Below are positions 58,840 through 64,000 of a stretch of DNA of 64,000 nucleotides, one piece after another. The position numbers and the translations under genes were made by a program. Under the pieces are notes generated by a model. It did not search any database. It was not told the origin of the DNA and saw only the letters and a list, made by a program, of their open reading frames with translations. Location of the stretch: NCBI GenBank assembly GCA_963755715.1, contig CAVWLW010000033.1, forward strand, positions 224,001-288,000. The letters are read 5' to 3'. Every line of letters starts with the position of its first letter. Within the stretch, counting starts at the first letter, position 1. This DNA comes from an uncultured delta proteobacterium. GTDB lineage: Bacteria; Desulfobacterota; Binatia; UBA9968.

Positions 58840-59601
58840 ATGACCGACTACGTGAAAAAACTTCTGCCGCGTTTTCGTTACGGAGTGATCCAGCCTCGCG
58901 CCCATGAAGAAGTCCAGCGCGCGCGAAGCTATCAGCTATACCGGCTCCTCCCGCTCGACTTCATGGAAATCTCCACGGGACTCGGGCTCGAAAATTATAC
59001 GAAGGAAGGCGTCGAGAAAGCGATTAACAATTACTGGGCCTGTGTCGAGCGCCTGGCCAAAGAGAAGGTCGATCATATTATTTTTAGTGGCGCGCCGATC
59101 TCCGCAATGCTGACCCGCCCGCGGGTTCTCGAATTGCTGCGCGAAACGAAAGAGAAAACCGGAATATCCGCGGACGCTCCGCTCGAGGCGCTGATTGCCG
59201 CGATGAAACATCTCGGATTGACGAAGCTCGCGATCGGCAGCCGCTGGGCGGACCCGGTCAACGATGCAATCAAACGCTACCTCGAGGCTGGCGGCATCGA
59301 CGTCGTCGGCATCACGAAGCGCAACCAGTGGGCATCGGACTCCTTCGCCATGACTTTGGAACAAGGCTTGGAAATGGCCCTCGATGTCGGTCGGGAGGCG
59401 GCAAGAACCTGGCCCGAGGCCGAAGCGATCTCGGTGCCCGGCGGTGCGGCAATGTCACTGCACGTCATCCCGGCTATAGAGGAAGAATATGGCAAACCAA
59501 CTTTCACCAACATGAGCGCTGAAGTATGGAATGATCTCGTGCGCCCCGGCATCATCCCGCCCGTGCAAGGTTGGGGAAGGCTCCTCGCGGGCATGAAATG
59601 A
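58840..59601 (+). CDS. Maleate isomerase/arylmalonate decarboxylase (Asp/Glu racemase fold)-like protein lacking catalytic cysteines
   Basis: G.I.P, A...LG..KLAI, N..I..YLE..G, IE...GKP, GWGRLL fold motifs. Confidence 0.78.
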   Translation: MTDYVKKLLPRFRYGVIQPRAHEEVQRARSYQLYRLLPLDFMEISTGLGLENYTKEGVEKAINNYWACVERLAKEKVDHIIFSGAPISAMLTRPRVLELLRETKEKTGISADAPLEALIAAMKHLGLTKLAIGSRWADPVNDAIKRYLEAGGIDVVGITKRNQWASDSFAMTLEQGLEMALDVGREAARTWPEAEAISVPGGAAMSLHVIPAIEEEYGKPTFTNMSAEVWNDLVRPGIIPPVQGWGRLLAGMK

Positions 59602-59693
59602 TTGTTCTGATCCGCGCGTCACGAAGGAGATGAACAACATGAGCAGGAAGAGGTTGTCTCTCACCGGCATTACGCAGGTGGAGTTTACATAAA

Positions 59694-60644
59694 ATGAAGC
59701 TCATCACTTATGACTGCGGGGACGGACCGCGCGCTGGCGTCGTTGTTGACGAGCGAGTGCTCGATGTGGCGACGTTGCTTGGCGAGGGAAGGAGACTGCG
59801 CGATGTCCGTGCCCTGCTCGAACTGACGAATGATCCGCTAACGAGGCTGAAGTCAGTCCTGGGCTCCGCTGCGGGCGTGCCACTGACGAGCGTCCGCTTG
59901 CGCGCGCCGATCTTGCAGCCGCCGACGGTACGCGACTTCATGGTGTACGAGGGACATGCCAGCGCGGGCAACTCACGGAAACTCTCCGACGCATGGTATC
60001 GGTTGCCGATTTTTTATTTTTCAAATCCGCTCTGCATCTTCGGCCCGGACGACGCGGTGCCTTACCCGTCCGCTTCGGAACAACTGGATTACGAGCTGGA
60101 GCTTGCGGCGGTCATCGGCCGGGAAGGCAGCAATATCGCCGAGGCGGACGCGTTCTCCTATATTGCCGGCTTCACGATTTTTAATGACTGGAGCTGCCGC
60201 GACCTCCAGCGCGACGAGATGGCAGCGCGCCTCGGGCCCGCCAAAGGAAAAGACTCGGCCAGCTCGCTTGGCCCCTGGATCGTGACGACCGATGAGCTTG
60301 CGCCGTTTATCCGCGACGGCCGGCTGCACGCGCACTGCTCGCTCAAGGTGAACGGCGCAACGTGGATGGACAACGACGCGAGCCTCATGTATCACACCTG
60401 GGGAGCGATGATCGAGCGCGCCTCGCGGGACAGCCGCATCGTTCCCGGCGACGTCATCGGGAGCGGTACGGTCACCGGTGGATCGATCGGCGAGGCGATA
60501 CGCAACGGCTTCCCGGCCCGGTATCTCGAACCAGGTGACATCGTGGAGATCGCCGTCGAACGGATTGGTATTCTACGCAACACCATCGCGCCGAAGCTGA
60601 ACCCGGACCCCAACTATCGTTTCAAAGCTCCTCGCCCGAGATAG
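59694..60644 (+). CDS. Fumarylacetoacetate hydrolase family protein
   Basis: RDF, LDYELE, FNDWSCRD, KGKD, LGPW, PGDVIGSGT motifs. Confidence 0.93.
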   Translation: MKLITYDCGDGPRAGVVVDERVLDVATLLGEGRRLRDVRALLELTNDPLTRLKSVLGSAAGVPLTSVRLRAPILQPPTVRDFMVYEGHASAGNSRKLSDAWYRLPIFYFSNPLCIFGPDDAVPYPSASEQLDYELELAAVIGREGSNIAEADAFSYIAGFTIFNDWSCRDLQRDEMAARLGPAKGKDSASSLGPWIVTTDELAPFIRDGRLHAHCSLKVNGATWMDNDASLMYHTWGAMIERASRDSRIVPGDVIGSGTVTGGSIGEAIRNGFPARYLEPGDIVEIAVERIGILRNTIAPKLNPDPNYRFKAPRPR

Positions 60645-60660
60645 ACAGGCGGAAGAATCC

Positions 60661-60761
60661 GGTTCAAGGCGTTCAAAATAGCCTGCCCTGAGTTAATCGA
60701 AGGGTTCAGCCGCTTCGCGGAGCCAGTCCTGAGCGAAGCCGAGCGGTTCAAATCGTTCAAC
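60661..60761. repeat. GTTCAA-rich short repeat element with nested CCTGAG..TCGAAGGG units
   Basis: GGTTCAAGGCGTTCAA...CGGTTCAAATCGTTCAA; related cluster at 62021..62110. Confidence 0.6.
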
Positions 60762-60853
60762 GAGGGTGAAGCCTTTTCTTCTCCGCCCTCTATCGCTATA
60801 GTTTGCCGAAATGCACCAGGAGCGCCGGACTTCACCTTTCACGGAGGAAAAGC

Positions 60854-61996
60854 ATGAAGCGAAGCACTCATCACATCCTCACCACGCACACCGGAAGCTT
60901 GCCTCGTCCCTCGGACTTGGTCGACATAGTGCTCCGCCAGGAGGCAAAGCAGCCGGTGGATGAAGAGGTTCTTGCCATGCGTGTCCGCTCTGCGGTCGCG
61001 GAAGTGGTGCTAAAACAGGCCGAGATCGGGATCACCTTCCTCAACGACGGCGAACAGGGCAAACCCGGTTACTCCACTTATATGAAAGACCGCCTCACCG
61101 GCTTTGAGGGTGAAAGTACGGCTGCCGCCGTGTCAGGCGAAGCCAAGGACTTTCCGGAGTACAGCGCGCGGCGCGCAGGAAGAGCCTCCCCCATGCGCCC
61201 AGCGTGCACCGGCCCCATCGCTTGGAAAAACCGGGACGCGGTGCGCAAAGACATTGAAAATCTTAAGGACGCCATCAAAGCAGTCAAAGCCGAAGAGGTA
61301 TTCATGACCGCCGCCTCGCCGGGCGTGGTGCCGCACTTCATGAAAGATCAATACTACGGCAGTGAAGAGAAATATTTATACGCCCTGGCGGACGCCTTGA
61401 AAGAAGAATATGACGCCATCCATCGCGCCGGCTTCGTGCTCCAGCTAGACTGCCCCGACTTGTGCATGAGCCGCCACAACCGATTTTCCGATCTGAGCAC
61501 AACGGAGTTCAAGAAGATCGCCGAGCTTCACGTGGCGGCCCTCAACCACGCCTTGCGAGACATTCCGGCTGATCGGGTGCGCCTGCACATGTGCTGGGGC
61601 AACTACGAAGGTCCACACCATCTGGATATCCCGCTTAGGGAAATCATCGACGTGGCGCTAAAGGCCAAAGTCGGCGCTCTCTCCTTCGAGGGCGCCAACC
61701 CCAGGCACGAGCACGAGTGGGTCGTCTTCAAGGAGGTTCACCTCCCTGATGGCATGGCCATCATTCCAGGTGTGATCGACTCCACGACCCATTTTATCGA
61801 GCATCCGGAACTTGTCGCGCAGCGTATTGTCCGCTACGCCGAGGTGGTGGGCCGCGAGAACGTCATCGCGGGCACAGACTGCGGCTTCGGCACCTTCGTG
61901 CGCGCAGAACCGACCATCGACCCGCGCATCGCGTGGGCCAAACTCAAGTCGCTGGCTGACGGCGCAGCCATCGCCTCAAAGCGACTTTGGAATTAG
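60854..61996 (+). CDS. Cobalamin-independent methionine synthase II family protein (catalytic domain only)
   Basis: THTGSLPRP, DGE, LQLDCP, Zn ligands HMCWGN, E and GTDCG. Confidence 0.92.
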   Translation: MKRSTHHILTTHTGSLPRPSDLVDIVLRQEAKQPVDEEVLAMRVRSAVAEVVLKQAEIGITFLNDGEQGKPGYSTYMKDRLTGFEGESTAAAVSGEAKDFPEYSARRAGRASPMRPACTGPIAWKNRDAVRKDIENLKDAIKAVKAEEVFMTAASPGVVPHFMKDQYYGSEEKYLYALADALKEEYDAIHRAGFVLQLDCPDLCMSRHNRFSDLSTTEFKKIAELHVAALNHALRDIPADRVRLHMCWGNYEGPHHLDIPLREIIDVALKAKVGALSFEGANPRHEHEWVVFKEVHLPDGMAIIPGVIDSTTHFIEHPELVAQRIVRYAEVVGRENVIAGTDCGFGTFVRAEPTIDPRIAWAKLKSLADGAAIASKRLWN

Positions 61997-62020
61997 CGGT
62001 AATTCCGCCCGCGTGAATCA

Positions 62021-62110
62021 GGTTCAAAACCGTTCAAACTGTTCAACCGCTGTGCTCCGTTCAAAACGTTACATGAACATCGGTTCCAAAGGTTCCGTTG
62101 GTTCCAATCG
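62021..62110. repeat. GTTCAA/GTTCCA short repeat cluster
   Basis: GGTTCAAAACCGTTCAAACTGTTCAACC...CGTTCAAAACG...GGTTCCAAAGGTTCC. Confidence 0.6.
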
Positions 62111-62174
62111 CAACTGCTATGACGCCCGGAACGTGTGGCATTGCTCGCCTCGCCGCACGTGCTAAAGTCCGAGC

Positions 62175-62480
62175 GTGAACGCGCCCCGCGCGATCGTTTA
62201 TCGCGCGCTTCTCGATGCGCGCGCGGTCGTGAAGTGGAAGGTGCCGAGCGGCATGACCTGCCACGTGCATGCGTTCGACGCCCGCGAGGGCGGCTCGTTC
62301 CGGATCTCGCTTACGTACGCCGCGCCAACCGGGACCGGCAAAACGACTGCGCACACCGACACGTACCATGGCCGCTTTGTGAAGCTTGTGACGAACGAGC
62401 AGGTCGTCGAAGTGGTCGAGTTCGAGACGACAGATCCCGCGTTGCGTGGCGAGATGACGATCACGATCTCGCTGGCCGAT
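62175..62480 (+). pseudogene. SRPBCC/AHSA1-domain gene fragment (3' lost)
   Basis: APR..VYRALLD...W.VP.GM, REGG.FRISL, YHGRFVKLV; homology stops at ITISLAD. Confidence 0.75.
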
Positions 62481-62940
62481 CTGCTTCCGTTCGATCTCCT
62501 CATAGGGCGGATAGCCCGGCGCGAGGCCTAGACCATGACGATAGGAATGGATCACCACGTCGACATAATCGGGGTTGTCGAACGCCATCGCCGGGCGCTC
62601 GAATGTCGGCCTCATCCGGGCGACGCCGCGCCGATCGGCCGCCAGTCCTACCTGGCCGCGCTCTGTCTGAAAATAGTACTGGTACCAAAGGCCGGAGTCG
62701 ATCTTCGCCGGGATTGGCGTCATCGCATGGGCAAATATCCTGGATGAGTTAGCTGTTGACGGAAATCAAGCCGTGCAGCGCTCCGGCCACAGCGCCGCCG
62801 CGACGCAGGCCGCGCGCCCGCCCCAATTGAAACCGGCTAACACAGCGATCGGGATTTTAAGGGCATACATCAAGGCGATCACGTCCGCGCCGATCGCGCC
62901 ATGCTGACCCGCTCGCGGTATAGCGGCGTCGAGAAAGCCT
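62481..62940 (-). pseudogene. Decayed alpha/beta hydrolase (epoxide hydrolase-like)
   Basis: AGFNWGGRAACVAAALWPER, WYQYYFQTERG and FDNPDYVDVVIHSYRH pieces with stops and internal deletions. Confidence 0.8.
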
Positions 62941-63182
62941 GATCCTGCCTGTCTTATCGAATCCATCCCGATCACGACGCTTGGTGAGACGGGCTGATTC
63001 GGCATTGCGGCCGTCTTAGCCTTCGCGCGTTCAAAGAGTCCGACCCCGTCGCCGTTAGCCCGGTCGTGCCGACGAAGGCATTCTGCAGGAAGCGCCTGCG
63101 TTTCGCATCCGTAAGGTCGGAAATTAGATTCTGCTAGTGCAGTCCGTTGGCGGCGATTTTCAGATGCAGTGAATCCGACGCT

Positions 63183-63449
63183 CTAGGCATCGCCTGCGGA
63201 GGAACGAGCGGCCAGCGCTGGCTTTTCGCCGCGGCCCTTTCGGGGATCACGAATTCGACTTGCACCACGTCGGTGAGGCTCTTTCCACCGCCGAGCCATG
63301 TATCGGGCGTATTCCTCCGCCATTGCCATATTAGGGCATGACATTGTTGTCCTAAAAAACCTCATTGCCCCATTTTTCAGAATGATTTCGACTATGGGTG
63401 ATGATTCGTGCCTGACTGTGATCTCAATATTGGATTCTCGATACGTCAT
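63183..63449 (-). CDS. Small hypothetical protein
   Basis: GGAGG RBS before ATG 63449; no recognised family. Confidence 0.4.
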   Translation of the reverse strand: MTYRESNIEITVRHESSPIVEIILKNGAMRFFRTTMSCPNMAMAEEYARYMARRWKEPHRRGASRIRDPRKGRGEKPALAARSSAGDA

Positions 63450-63778
63450 TGTCTAATGCCTCCGGGCGTACTGTTGGTGACACCTTTAACGTGCACCTAT
63501 ACCAAGCGGGCCGCTATTTGCCGTTCAATATTAGACAGTGTTGAAAAATAAATTTGGGCAGAAACCTCACACCGTCCGCACCGTTGTTGTGGAGCGAGCG
63601 GCCAGCAAAGACAAGAAAATTTTTGAGCAGATCAACCCCATCGACACGACCCATTTCCAGTTTTAACTGAGTCCTTCTCGATGCAAGGATTTTCTATCCG
63701 CGCGGGCGTTTGACAGGAGTTAGAATGTTAGCCATCTTATAGGAGATAACTTACCTAACGCCCCATGGAGAGGAATCT

Positions 63779-64000
63779 ATGAAGACACTGCGATTGGAAA
63801 CCACTGCGCCGTTTCAAGGCTTGGCCGAGCTCGTGGCCTATGACGAGGGTCTGTTCGAGAAGGAAGGCATCCAGATCGAGTGGATGGATCGTGAGAAGGG
63901 CGTCGACAAAAGTCCGCAGCTGCATATCACGGATCATAAGGAAGCATCGCGCTACACAAGCCACGGTAAGATGATGGAGCAAGGTCAGGCGGATCTCTAC
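63779..64000 (+). CDS. ABC transporter substrate-binding protein (NMT1-like), truncated by window edge
   Basis: MKTLRLETTAPFQGLAELVAYDEGLFEKEGIQIEW; GGAG RBS; TTGACA at 63710. Confidence 0.7.
   Translation, partial: MKTLRLETTAPFQGLAELVAYDEGLFEKEGIQIEWMDREKGVDKSPQLHITDHKEASRYTSHGKMMEQGQADLY

Overview
A 64-kb bacterial chromosomal window, GC-rich by eye, with no rRNA, tRNA or CRISPR array recognised. The gene content is typical of Candidatus Binatia/Binatota-like genomes (inference only): many orphan solute-binding proteins, Amidohydro_2 enzymes, cupins and several short palindromic repeat families. About 14 otherwise well-conserved genes are split by small indels, most likely long-read consensus errors. 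Four things stand out. (1) A ~14-kb co-oriented cluster (17.8-31.8 kb) encodes a tripartite tricarboxylate transporter, TerC, a FadR/GntR regulator with a perfect operator, a three-subunit oxalate-oxidoreductase-like 2-oxoacid:ferredoxin oxidoreductase (YPIRP motif, altered switch loop), an Oxc/HACL-like ThDP enzyme, formyl-CoA transferase and an ADP-forming acyl-CoA synthetase, suggesting two oxalate routes in one locus. (2) A mosaic region (43.5-57.5 kb) holds three fragments of a REP-associated tyrosine transposase (RAYT) that share one hairpin end sequence and bracket cargo genes. (3) That cargo includes a GH19 peptidoglycan hydrolase paired with an XAC2610-like immunity lipoprotein. (4) Many spacers are gene scars, including a duplicated cupin promoter/leader in front of ggt and a duplicated amidohydrolase 3' end. 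Protein family calls come from motif recognition and recalled reference sequences, not from database searches.
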